Notes under the pieces: model-generated | Databases searched by the model: none | The model's input: the letters and a program-made list of their open reading frames with translations, nothing else | Told to the model about the DNA's origin: nothing | Shown here: one piece after another, positions 20,401 to 29,857 of the stretch | Layout: every line of letters starts with the position of its first letter | Numbering within the stretch: position 1 is the first letter of the stretch | NCBI GenBank assembly: GCA_043809585.1 | Contig: JBDROZ010000069.1 | Span: 1-64,000, forward strand | Origin: Candidatus Eiseniibacteriota bacterium | GTDB taxonomy: Bacteria; Orphanbacterota; Orphanbacteria; Orphanbacterales; Orphanbacteraceae | Direction: 5' to 3' | Length of the DNA stretch: 64,000 nucleotides | Program-made: the position numbers and the translations under genes

Positions 20401-22675
20401 CCCGGAAGAGGCGAAGAAGAAGGCGGATCGCCGCGAGGGCGGCCGCCGGGTCCCCCTCCCGGTAGCGAAGGCGGGCGAGTTCGGAGAGAATCCGGGCCCG
20501 TTCGGCCCGGGGGGCGCCGGCGCCGAGGCGGAGCGATTTCCGGTAGAGATCCGCCGATTCCCGAACCAGGGCCATCCGCTCCAAAAAAGAAGCCGCCTTC
20601 ACGAGGGCCTTCCGTGCCGCGCCCGGGCATCCCGCCCTCTCCCAATGGTGGGCCGCCGTGACGAATGGCGCCCCCTCTCCCTCTTTCGCCTCCCGGACAG
20701 TGAGTCTCGCCGCCATGCGATGGATCTTCTTCCGCCGGCTTTCGGGAATCATGCCGGCCAGGGAGGTCCGGGCCTCGTCGGAAACCGGACCGTACGCCTC
20801 GCCGTCGCCGCTCCCCTCCAGACGGACGAGCTTCATGTCGAGAAGGGGGGCGATCACCTCCCGGAAATCCTCTGCGGGGAGGGAGAGAAGGCGGCGCAGA
20901 AAGCGGGCCTCCCGCGGCACGGGAGAGAGGCCGATCGCCCCGCCGAGGTCCCTCGTCCCGGGCTCGAGCCCGAGCATGCGGGGGTCCCTCCTCGGCCGGT
21001 CCCCGGCACGCTCCTTCGGGGAGAAGCCCTCGGCGAGACGAAATGTGCCGTACCTCTTTCGAACGTGACCGCGGCGCACCCATTCCTCGACCAGCGATCG
21101 GAGGAGTCCGGGATTGCCGCCCGACCGCTCGGCGACGACCCGGGCGAGCTCGGGGGATTTCTTGCCGGGGCCGAGAAATCCCCGGAGCCACTCCTCGATC
21201 TCCTCTCCCGTGAGAGGGGGAAGGTACTCGACGCGCGCCCTTCCTTCCGCCTCGAGCCGTTTCCAGAGCGAGCCCCGCCGTCCGAGTTCGGCCTCTTTCA
21301 GGGCGAAGACGAACCGCGATCGGAGCGGGGAGCGCCGGGTGAGTAGGAAGACGAAGTAGCGGAGGGAAGCCTCGTCGAGACGGTCCGCGTCGTCGATGAT
21401 GACGACAGGGTCGCCGTGGGACCGCGGGCGGATCAGTTCGATCCGGTCATTCCATCGATCCCGGAGGCGACCGAAGATCGCCGAGTCCCCCGATCCGTCT
21501 CGTTCGCGCAGAAGATCGTGGGGAATCTCATGCCCCGGCCCTTTCCCGAAGGAGATCGGGAAGCCGCGCTCCCCTGCCGCCTCGAAAAGCCGGCGGGCCC
21601 CGTCGTAGGGGGGAGACGGGCCCGTCGCCGGCCCTTCGATCGCGAGGACGGCGCGCCCCTCGAGCCGGAGATCGCCGGCCATCCGCCGGAGAAAGCGCGT
21701 GCGGCCCGAACCGGAAGAGCCGGCGACAAGCAGGCAGGACGGATTCTCCGGATCGAGCCAGCGGCGAACCCGGTCCTCGATCTCCCTCCGGCCGACGTAA
21801 GGGGGGACCGACGGGACGACGACGGGAGCCGGCCGCCTTCTCTTGCCCTCGAGAATCTCCATGAACCGGGCCGCCGAGCGGGGCCGGTCGTTCGGGTCTT
21901 TTTCCAGCAATCGCTCGATCGCTTCCCGAAACGCGGGGGGATGGGCGCTCCGGGCGGGGAACCGTTCCCGGGCAGGAGTCAGGAGGTGATGCCGGGCGAG
22001 CTCGAGGGGGTCCCCCGTGAAGAGCGGCTTTCCGGTCAGCACTTCGAAGAGCAGGACACCCAGGGAATAGAGGTCGGACCGGTTGTCGACCTCCTCGCCT
22101 CGGATCGCTTCCGGGGCGAGATAGGCGGGGGTGCCGATGATCGTCCCGAGAGTCCCCTCGCGCCGGAATATCGCCGGCGCGAGGTCCGTCAACTGAAGCT
22201 CCCGGATGGCCCGGGGGGACGCACGAAAGAGGAGATTGCCCGGCTTGAGGTCCCCGTGGACGTGTCCGCGCTCGTGCAGGAAGGCGAGCGGTTCCGCGAC
22301 GCGCCCGGAGAACTCCGGAAAATGGCGCGCCACCTGCTTCTGCACCCACTCGCGGGGGTCCGTCTGATCCACGTAGGGGGAAACGGCGTAGTACGTCTCG
22401 TTGCCCAGTCTCCCACAATCGAGAATCGGGCTCAATCCCGGGTGGGAGAGTTCCCGCCGAATCCGCACGTCTTCGAGGAAGAGGTTCCGGAAGCGTTCCG
22501 TGGCGCCGGGGCCGACCGTCTTGACCACGCACCGCGAGTCGTCCGCTTCGCGCCTGGCGAGCACGACCTGACCGTGATCGCTCGACTTGAGCGTGCGCTC
22601 CGCCCGGAAACCGGCCGGCAGATCGGTATGCTTGAATTCGAGTCTGGCCATGATTCGCGGATCCCTGTCGGTCAT
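17462..22675 (-). CDS. Ser/Thr kinase - STAND-type NTPase - TPR - GAF - sigma54 activator - Fis HTH fusion
   Basis: HGDLKPGN, GTPAYLAPE and DLYSLG (kinase); GSSGSGRT and IIDDAD (NTPase); TPR array; GAF (GLLYLDS); GETGVGKG, GAFTDA, LLDEIG and WPGNVREL; AARHLGI HTH. Confidence 0.92.
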   Translation of the reverse strand: MTDRDPRIMARLEFKHTDLPAGFRAERTLKSSDHGQVVLARREADDSRCVVKTVGPGATERFRNLFLEDVRIRRELSHPGLSPILDCGRLGNETYYAVSPYVDQTDPREWVQKQVARHFPEFSGRVAEPLAFLHERGHVHGDLKPGNLLFRASPRAIRELQLTDLAPAIFRREGTLGTIIGTPAYLAPEAIRGEEVDNRSDLYSLGVLLFEVLTGKPLFTGDPLELARHHLLTPARERFPARSAHPPAFREAIERLLEKDPNDRPRSAARFMEILEGKRRRPAPVVVPSVPPYVGRREIEDRVRRWLDPENPSCLLVAGSSGSGRTRFLRRMAGDLRLEGRAVLAIEGPATGPSPPYDGARRLFEAAGERGFPISFGKGPGHEIPHDLLRERDGSGDSAIFGRLRDRWNDRIELIRPRSHGDPVVIIDDADRLDEASLRYFVFLLTRRSPLRSRFVFALKEAELGRRGSLWKRLEAEGRARVEYLPPLTGEEIEEWLRGFLGPGKKSPELARVVAERSGGNPGLLRSLVEEWVRRGHVRKRYGTFRLAEGFSPKERAGDRPRRDPRMLGLEPGTRDLGGAIGLSPVPREARFLRRLLSLPAEDFREVIAPLLDMKLVRLEGSGDGEAYGPVSDEARTSLAGMIPESRRKKIHRMAARLTVREAKEGEGAPFVTAAHHWERAGCPGAARKALVKAASFLERMALVRESADLYRKSLRLGAGAPRAERARILSELARLRYREGDPAAALAAIRLLLRLFRDEREGGPPVRQARRLEAWIRFYQGEHERAERTLGDLLLSGARMPRSEEATIHYDLGWFAVSAGKPQAARDHLSRGLSLIGKSRGSALRGYLLNRLGAVAFYESDWREAGKLFERSIRSLERTAPSEAVGALSNLALVRLWTGKLEEARKLLETALTRVRESGNRLEEARVLEDLGRVLFRSGKSEEASRVLEQALEFQEDFGDEGGQVRALLSLGQMARERGRLDLSLDMLTRGLGLARMGRNPFGLFDALHLLALTHVAREEPEEAESLLEEAESVLGERYGGRYQAQLLRSRARLDHLRRKFDEAEDKLKEVLTHFEERGERMMVAETLILLARVALDRPDGGTPRPYLERLGATVRRGESPWISCRAALLRGRYEEGRGNPSSATPLFRDAARTARDLGARLDLAEALTCLGAVSARQGRQRRARGYVEEASSLYDLVRVVTPPPALAEAKDLLTGREGEIGEGFRAICRIAEVINSLRDTRAILDHTLDQAIDHLRADRGLILLRGPDGELVPRAARSLEGEDLQDVTRFSRTLFQEAERSEEPLVAGNVLADPRFRGAESVATYNILSAICSTIRSKGMPLGLLYLDSSRSANIFSANDLSFLRGLTDLAGIAIENARLLDRYERENTLLLEEVGRRDEVQEIVAESNAMRMVLRKLRVVAKSDIAVLLLGETGVGKGMGAGFLHREGPRGAEPFLRLNCSALAPTLVEDELFGHEKGAFTDAGERKAGIFERAHRGTLLLDEIGDMPLPAQGKLLRVLQEGEFERLGGTETLRANVRLIAATNRDLAALVAEGLFRNDLYYRLNGVAVEIPPLRNRREDIPKLAGRFLEAHRRRNRKAIRTISGAAEALLLSYSWPGNVRELDHVIERAVVFCEGGSIEPAHLPEEVRGAFPGSGVPEGPPETEDRDLLRDIYAVESQILRETLTRMGWNNVKAARHLGIHESTVRKKIKKYRLDRFRPPLPPPMNSYDRTSG

Positions 22676-23192
22676 CGCTATCCCGGGGCGGCCGGGGCGA
22701 TCACCACCCTACTCTAATTGTAGCACTCTTCCCGGTCCCCTTCCCGTCCGGACCCTCCGGGAGGGCCGGATGCAACTCTTTGATCGTCGATGGTTTAGGT
22801 CGCCCGCGATCTTCTGTCGACCAAGCCCCCGGGTGGGGCGCTACCCCCGGGGGGGCGTCGCCGGAGGGAGGAGAGGGCGGAGCCTACCCCCCGACGGGAC
22901 GATGGAAATCAGAGCCCCTCTCCCCTATAATGATAGCATTCTTGGGTGTGCAAATTCTGACCATATTCGTATAGACCGACCAAACCCCGGCCGAGATAGC
23001 CCGAGGACCGCGAGGTCCGACGGCGAACCGTAAGGCCCAAGGCGGCGCGCACCGTCCACGCCTGGAGTTGATCGCACGTCTCGTTTCGCGATCGTCGTGA
23101 TCCCGGAAGGAGGCTCGGTGGAGGAATGCCCCGTGTCCGGCGAGGGCCCGCGGCGTTTCCTCTCGCGACGTCTATCCAGAAAGGACCGCCTC

Positions 23193-26100
23193 ATGAAGCC
23201 CCATCCCCTGTTCCCGGCAGCACTCCTCTTCGCCGCTCTGCTCCTCGCCACCTCCGGCTTCGCCGTGACCCACACGTACACGGACGGCTGGGCCGACGCC
23301 GGTCTCCATGTCACGGGACAAGGCGTCGCCGGCGTGGATCTCACCTTCTCTCTCACCGTCTGGGACCAGGGGGAGATGGAACTCGAGGGGCGGTCGATGC
23401 AGACCGTGGGGGTTCCCGGCCTGCCGCTGCCGGGGGAGGCGGGCGCACCGAACCTACCGGGGATGAGCCGGTTCATCGCCGTTCCGAATGGGGCGGAGGT
23501 CTACGTCCGCATCGTCGACTCGAGGACCGAGACCTATGCGGACGTCGAGATCGCCCCGGCACCCCGCATCCCCCGGGAGACGGAGGACGGGCCGCTGGAG
23601 TATCCGAGAAACCAGTCGATCTACGATTCGGACGAGTTCTATCCCGGCGCTCCGGTCACCCTCTCCGCCCCCCGGTTCGTGCGCGGCGTGGAATCGCGGA
23701 TGCTCGGGATCGCCCCCTTCCAGTACAACCCGGTCACCCGGGAACTGGTCGTCTACCGGGACCTTCGGGTGGAGGTGACCTTCGAGGGGGGTACGGGCGT
23801 TTTCGCTGAAGAGCGGCTCCGGAACCGCTGGTGGGAACCGATTCTCGCCGATCTCTTCGCCAACTACGAGTCGATCGGCAAGGCACCGCCGGCCCCCCGA
23901 TCCGACTCGCGCACCGACGACTTCGAGTACGTCATCATCTGCCCGGACGATCCGGCCTTCGTCGCCTGGGCGGACAGCCTGAAGCGGTGGAGGACCGAGC
24001 AGGGCATCCGGACCGGCGTGGTGACCACCGCGGACATCGGCGGCAACACGATCCCCGCGATCGAGAGCTACCTGAACAACGCCTACATGACCTGGTCCAT
24101 CCCCCCGTCCGCGGCGCTCCTCCTCGGCGACTACGGAACGACCGGCGCCCGGATCACCTCGCCGATCTGGAGCAGCTACTGCCTGTCGGACAACATCTTC
24201 GCGGACGTCGACGGCGATGATCTACCGGACATCGTCCTCGCCCGGATCACCGCCCAGAACGAGGCGGACCTCGCCAACATGATCGGGAAGATGCTGGGCT
24301 ACGAGCGGCAGCCGCCGACGGCCGCCGATTTCTACTCCAGCCCGATCATGGCGGGGGGATGGCAAACCGAGCGCTGGTTCATCCTCTGCGAGGAAGTGCT
24401 GTACGGGTACTTCGCGAACGTCCTCGGCAAGAACCCCGTGAGGGAGTACGCGATCTACTCGGGGACGCCGGGGTCGGTCTGGTCGACCGCGACCAACACC
24501 GCCACGGTGGTCAACTACTTCGGCCCGAACGGCCTCGGGTACATCCCCCAGACGCCGGCGCACCTGACCGACTGGGGGGGCAACGCCACCCGGATCAACA
24601 GCGACATCAACCGCGGGTCCTTCATGCTCCAGCATCGCGACCACGGGGCGAACGACGGCTGGGGCGAGCCGTACTACGTGACCGGCCACCTCTCCGCCCT
24701 GTCGAACGACGAGCTGACCTTCGTGTTCTCCGTCAACTGCCTGACCGGCCAGTTCAACCTGACCGGAAACTCCTTCGCCGAGGCGTTCCATCACCACGCC
24801 CGGGGAGCGCTCGGGATCATCGCCGCCACGGAAGTCTCCTACTCCTTCGTGAACGACGCGTACGTCTGGGGGATGTACGACTACATGTGGCCCGACTTCG
24901 ATCCGGGCTACGGCATCCCCGGTCCGGCCCAGGTCCTGCCCGCCTTCGCCAACGCGTCGGGCAAGTACTACCTCGAGGCGTCCTCCTGGCCGTACAACAC
25001 TACCGAGAAGACGGTGACCTACCACCTCTTCCATCATCACGGCGACGCTTTCATGACGGTCTACTCGGAGGTTCCGGAGAACTTGACCGTCTCCCACGAC
25101 GGGGCCCTTCTCTCGGGGATGGACTACTTCACCGTCACCGCCGACGGGGGCTCGTGGATCGGCCTCTCCGCGGGGGGCGAGTTCCTCGGCGCCGCTTCGG
25201 GAACGGGATCGCCGGTGAACATCACGATCCCGCCGCTGGTTTCGGGAGAGGAGCTTCTCGTGACGGTCACGAAGCAGGACCACTACCGCTACGAGCACGC
25301 CGTGACCGTCGTCCCGCCGGACGGCCCCTTCCTGATCTACGAAGGCCACTCGATCGCCGACGGGGGGGGCGACAACGACGGCGCGGCGGACGAGGGGGAG
25401 ACGATCGATCTCGAAGTGACCCTCGAGAACGTCGGAACCGAGACGGCGATCGGGGTCATCGGGGTCCTTTCGACCGCCGATCCCCACGTCACCATAATCG
25501 AGGACAATGAGAGCTTCGACGACATCCCCGCCGGCGGATTCGGCACGACCCTCTCCCCCTTCGTCGTCGAGATCCACGGCGACGCCCCGGACGGGCACTC
25601 CGCCGAGTTCCTGCTCTCCATCGCCATCGGCGATTCGGTGCGGGAGGCCTCATTCTCCGTTCCGATCGATGCGCCGCTCTTCACGGTCGCGGGGCTCCTG
25701 ATCGACGACATCTTCGGCGGCGACGGGAACGGCAACGTGAACGCCGGAGAGACGGTCAACTTCGAGGTGGTGCTCGCGAATGAAGGACACTCGGACGCGG
25801 AAATCACGAGCGCCGTCCTCACGAGCACCGAAGGGGACGTGACGATCCTGGGAGGCGACGGCGAGTGCGGGGCCCTGCCGGTCTCCGGGACCGGGTGGAT
25901 GGGGACTTTCTCCGCTTCCGTGGCCGTCGGCTGCCCCGAGCCGGCCAATCTCGCCTTCCATCTCGAGGTCACCGCCGAGAACGGATTCGTCTCCTCCCTC
26001 GATTTCGACATGCCCGTGGGGGGCTGGTTCGACGACATGGAGGAATACAGGGCGTGGAGCGTGGGCGCGCCGGACGACGACGCGTCGAGCGGGATCTGGG

Positions 26101-26888
26101 CAAGGCTCGACCCGATCGGCACGCTGCAGGACGGCCATCCCATCCAGCCGGAAGACGACCACACGCCGGGCGCCGGGACTCATTGCTACGTGACGGGGAA
26201 CGGCACCATCGGCGGGACCGCCGGCGAGAACGACGTGGACGGCGGCAAGACCACCCTCTTCACGCCCGTCTTCGATCTGTCCGACGCGGTGGGCGCCACC
26301 ATCGGCTACTGGCGGTGGTACTCCAACTCGTGGGGGAACGATCCGGACAACGACTGGTGGGACGTCGACGCGACCGCCGACGGCATGAGCTGGGAGAGCC
26401 TCGAGCACACCTCCCAGACGATCGCCGCGTGGACCGAACAGACATTCGATCTGGCGGCATACGTCCCCCTGACCGATCAGGTGCAAATCCGCTTCGTCGC
26501 CTCCGACGAAGGGAGCGGTTCCCTGGTCGAAGCGGGGGTGGACGACTTCATCCTCGCGGCGGTCCGTGTCGTCTACACGGACGTGGAGGGGGCGGAATCG
26601 GGGCCGCCGGCGAAGCTCGCCCTCGGCATGAACACGCCGAACCCGTTCAATCCGACCACGACGATCCACTTCGACCTCCCGAAGCCGGCCGTGGTGGAGC
26701 TCTCGATCTACGACATCACCGGCCGCCGCGTGGCCACGCTGGTCAGCGGGAAGCTGGAGGCGGGCCGCCACGAGGCGGTCTGGACGGGACGGGGCGTGGA
26801 CGGACAGGCGGCGGGGAGCGGCCTCTACTTCAGCCGCCTCAAGGCGGACGGCGAGACGAAGACCCGGAAGATGCTGCTCTTGAAATAA
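23193..26888 (+). CDS. Gingipain-like C25 cysteine peptidase with propeptide, Ig-like repeats and FlgD-type C-terminal domain
   Basis: GAPNLP propeptide, PFQYNP, LLLGD, HRDHG and SVNCLTG (His/Cys dyad), PNPFNP tail; signal peptide. Confidence 0.88.
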   Translation: MKPHPLFPAALLFAALLLATSGFAVTHTYTDGWADAGLHVTGQGVAGVDLTFSLTVWDQGEMELEGRSMQTVGVPGLPLPGEAGAPNLPGMSRFIAVPNGAEVYVRIVDSRTETYADVEIAPAPRIPRETEDGPLEYPRNQSIYDSDEFYPGAPVTLSAPRFVRGVESRMLGIAPFQYNPVTRELVVYRDLRVEVTFEGGTGVFAEERLRNRWWEPILADLFANYESIGKAPPAPRSDSRTDDFEYVIICPDDPAFVAWADSLKRWRTEQGIRTGVVTTADIGGNTIPAIESYLNNAYMTWSIPPSAALLLGDYGTTGARITSPIWSSYCLSDNIFADVDGDDLPDIVLARITAQNEADLANMIGKMLGYERQPPTAADFYSSPIMAGGWQTERWFILCEEVLYGYFANVLGKNPVREYAIYSGTPGSVWSTATNTATVVNYFGPNGLGYIPQTPAHLTDWGGNATRINSDINRGSFMLQHRDHGANDGWGEPYYVTGHLSALSNDELTFVFSVNCLTGQFNLTGNSFAEAFHHHARGALGIIAATEVSYSFVNDAYVWGMYDYMWPDFDPGYGIPGPAQVLPAFANASGKYYLEASSWPYNTTEKTVTYHLFHHHGDAFMTVYSEVPENLTVSHDGALLSGMDYFTVTADGGSWIGLSAGGEFLGAASGTGSPVNITIPPLVSGEELLVTVTKQDHYRYEHAVTVVPPDGPFLIYEGHSIADGGGDNDGAADEGETIDLEVTLENVGTETAIGVIGVLSTADPHVTIIEDNESFDDIPAGGFGTTLSPFVVEIHGDAPDGHSAEFLLSIAIGDSVREASFSVPIDAPLFTVAGLLIDDIFGGDGNGNVNAGETVNFEVVLANEGHSDAEITSAVLTSTEGDVTILGGDGECGALPVSGTGWMGTFSASVAVGCPEPANLAFHLEVTAENGFVSSLDFDMPVGGWFDDMEEYRAWSVGAPDDDASSGIWARLDPIGTLQDGHPIQPEDDHTPGAGTHCYVTGNGTIGGTAGENDVDGGKTTLFTPVFDLSDAVGATIGYWRWYSNSWGNDPDNDWWDVDATADGMSWESLEHTSQTIAAWTEQTFDLAAYVPLTDQVQIRFVASDEGSGSLVEAGVDDFILAAVRVVYTDVEGAESGPPAKLALGMNTPNPFNPTTTIHFDLPKPAVVELSIYDITGRRVATLVSGKLEAGRHEAVWTGRGVDGQAAGSGLYFSRLKADGETKTRKMLLLK

Positions 26889-26930
26889 GGGCATATGTCC
26901 TCCCACTTGGCTTGCCGGGGGACGGTCACC

Positions 26931-27111
26931 ATCCACGGAGGATAGAACTTTGGAATGAGCGGGGGACACATTCCGTCCGAGCCTCCGGCTCGGAAGACGT
27001 AGGACTCGCCTCAACGGTATGTGTCCAACGAACGGTATTCCCGAACCCGGCCGACGAGCACCTACATTCCAGGGTGCAGAGGAGGAATCCACGGAAGATA
27101 GAACTTTGGAA
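26931..27111 (+). repeat. 25-bp direct repeat pair
   Basis: ATCCACGGARGATAGAACTTTGGAA at 26931-26955 and 27087-27111. Confidence 0.75.
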
Positions 27112-27131
27112 GGTGTCCGAAGCGGAAATCC

Positions 27132-27165
27132 AAAAAGAGGGGCCGTGCTCGCGCACGACCCCCTC
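27132..27165 (-). terminator. Intrinsic terminator of RRM copy 2
   Basis: GAGGGG...CCCCTC hairpin followed by a T-tract on the minus strand. Confidence 0.65.
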
Positions 27166-27181
27166 GTGATGACTTCGTGGA

Positions 27182-27466
27182 CTACCAGCGGTCGCGCCGG
27201 CCGCCCCCACCGCCGCCCCGGCTGTCGTTCCGGGCCCGCGCCTCGCTGACGTTCAGAGCCCGCCCGCCCATATCCGTGCCGTTCAAGGCCTGGATCGCCG
27301 CGTTCGCCTCGGCGTCGTCCATCTGGACGAAACCGAAACCGCGGGGACGGCCCGTGTCGCGGTCCATGATCACGTTGACCTCGTGAACCGTGCCGTGCTG
27401 GGAGAAAAGCTCGCGGAGCTCTTCCTCGGTGGCGCTGAAGGGAAGGTTACCGACATACAGTTTCAT
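27182..27466 (-). CDS. RRM RNA-binding protein (copy 2)
   Basis: [14 protein letters not shown], Gly-rich tail. Confidence 0.95.
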   Translation of the reverse strand: MKLYVGNLPFSATEEELRELFSQHGTVHEVNVIMDRDTGRPRGFGFVQMDDAEANAAIQALNGTDMGGRALNVSEARARNDSRGGGGGGRRDRW

Positions 27467-27717
27467 AGCCGTCAATACTCCGTTTCGCCCTGAACAGTAG
27501 ACCTACCGGGCGATCTCTCGTCGCGGACCATCCGCGCCTGGAGAACTCGCCGGAACAATCGATCCGCTTCCGGACCTGCCGGTCCTTCGGCGAATCGGGG
27601 AACCCTTTTCCATGACCGATTGTCGATTCAGCGGGGGCGACGTCTGCGAGTCGAGTCGGTATGAGGAACCCAAAAGATTTTCCTTACTAAGGATCGCCGA
27701 TTTCAGGAAAAAGTCAA
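27467..27717 (-). promoter_or_regulatory. Conserved RRM 5' leader plus promoter (copy 2)
   Basis: 27609-27631 is 21/23 identical to 56024-56046; 27477-27490 is identical to 55895-55908; TTGACT at 27717-27712. Confidence 0.7.
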
Positions 27718-27985
27718 TCCTAAAATGCCCGGCCCCGGGGGGTTGGGAGCGTCGGGTCGAGGGAAGTCCCGAGCCTCCGGGGGGCTTCCGGGGGAGGGCG
27801 TCCCTTGCTCCCCCCGAGGGGCAGCAATCTCTCTTTCCCCCTGGACCATCACAAGAGACTGTGATAAAATCAGATACGTCTATGGAGGGATGGGCGGTCG
27901 GGAGGAGGGGATCCACATGTCGGGTAACATCCTCGTGGACTGGGTCGGTTCCTCCCCGGACCTTCCCGGATAGGGAGTGAGGAGC

Positions 27986-29671
27986 ATGATGGCGTACCCG
28001 CCACGAATCGCCGCGCTTTTGTTCTCCGGAATCATGGCCTGGACCGCCGCCGCCGCCGAACCGGCGCTCGAGTGGCAGAGCCTCTACGACGGGGGGGGCC
28101 TGGTGCTCGACATGGGGGTCGCGGCCGTCACCGACCCCGCCGGCAACCTCGTGATCGCCGGGGAGAGCGTCGACGCCCTGGGAGGCGTGGACATGATCAT
28201 CCACAAGCTCGACCGGTCCACGGGGGACACGCTCTGGACCCGGAGGGTCCCCTCCCTGGACGGCAACGACATGGCCGTGGGCGGCATGGTGTGGGATCAC
28301 GCCGGCCATCTCCTGATCGGAGGGACCCGTCTCGGATGCTTCGGGTGAGGCCAGGGCGATGACGTCGTCGTCTTCGAGTTGGACGGCGCGACCGGGGAGT
28401 TTCTCTGGTACAAGGCCTACGGAAGCCAAGAAGGACTGGACGAGTCGGTCTACGATATCGCCGTCGACGGGGCGGGCAATGCCTTCGTCACCGGCCGTCA
28501 GATGAACGGCGACGGGGGCGACGACATCATGACCATGAAGCTCCGCGCCTCGGACGGGGAGATCCTCTGGAGGGTGCACGAAGGGGGCGCGGCGATGCTC
28601 GCCGACCGGGGGTGGGCGATCGCGGTGGGCCCCGACGGCCATCCGGTGGTGACCGGCGTCCTCACGACCGCGGCCGACCCGGCCCTCTACTGCACCGTGA
28701 AGTACGACAGCGACGACGGCTCGGAGATCTGGAAAAAGACCTTCCCCGGCGCCGTCAACTACGTCGAGACCGAGGCCGGCTGGCTCGCGGTGTTGGGCGA
28801 CGGCGACATCGTCATGGCGAACCGGACCTGGACGACCCTGACCTCCTACGATGTGGTGCTCCACCGCTACGACGGGACGACGGGGGACACGGCCTGGACG
28901 ACCACGTACAACTCGGGGGGTACCGCCGGCGACGACCCGCGCTTCATGACCCGGGACGGAGCGGGCGACATCCTCGTGGCCGGTATCCGCTCCGGTAACT
29001 ACATGGTCGCCAAGTTCGACGCCTCGGACGGCGGGCTCCTCTGGGACGCCTCCTACGACGGACCCTCCGGCGGATACGACCGGGCCGCCTACGTGATGGA
29101 AGGTTCCGGGGGCGAGATTCTGGCCACCGGGTTCAGCACCGGCGAGGGAACGAGCTGGGACGTCACGACCGTCGGTTTCGATCCGGCGGATGGCGCGGAG
29201 CTCTGGGCCGTGCATTTCGATCCGGGCGAAGGGCGGGGGGACGAGGGGAAGTGCCTGGCCATCAGCGATCTGGGCGACGTCTACGTCGTGGGCTACGGCG
29301 ACTTCGAGGCCACGGGGAGCGACATGCTCGCCCTCCGTTACAGCCTTCCCCAATCGACGGGCGTCGGAAGCGGGCCGTACGCCGGGGCCCCCGGTCCCGG
29401 GTTCAGGGTCGGCGCGAGCCCCAACCCGTTCGTGAACCGCCTCGCCCTCTCGATCGACATGGAACGGCCCGGTCCGGCCCGGGTCGCGGTCTACGACCTC
29501 CGGGGGCGGCGGACGGCCCTCATCCATGACGGCGACCTCTCTTCCGGGCGCCACGATTTCGACTGGGACGGCCGGGACGAGGGGGGCCGGCGGCTCGCGG
29601 CGGGCGTCTACTTCGTTCGTTTCGAGGGCGCCGGGGCCGAAGGCGCGCGCAAGGTGATTCTCAGCCGGTAA
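27986..29671 (+). CDS. Secreted beta-propeller (PQQ/SBBP-like repeats) with FlgD-type C-terminal domain; probable selenoprotein (in-frame TGA 28346-28348)
   Basis: The 123-aa and 430-aa ORFs share one frame: ...GGTRLGCFG*GQGDDVVVFELDGATG..., continuing the repeat register. Signal peptide; SPNPF tail. Confidence 0.8.
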
Positions 29672-29691
29672 AGGCACGAGCAGCCGACAAT

Positions 29692-29735
29692 AGCGAAAAC
29701 GGGACCGGCATCGATCGCCGATCCCGTTTCTCTTT
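29692..29735 (+). terminator. Intrinsic terminator
   Basis: AAACGGGACCGGC...GCCGATCCCGTTT hairpin. Confidence 0.65.
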
Positions 29736-29857
29736 GCTCCCCCTCGACGACCGCCCGAGGCGATGTTACGTTGAAGATGTCCGGCGCAGCCGGCCGATAA
29801 ACGTGGCCCCGGATTCGGGAACAAGCCCCTGGAACTCGGCCGACTCGGCGGGAGGTC

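Noticed and set aside
26931-27111. CRISPR array
   Set aside because: Only two repeats, a 131-bp spacer, and no cas genes in the window.
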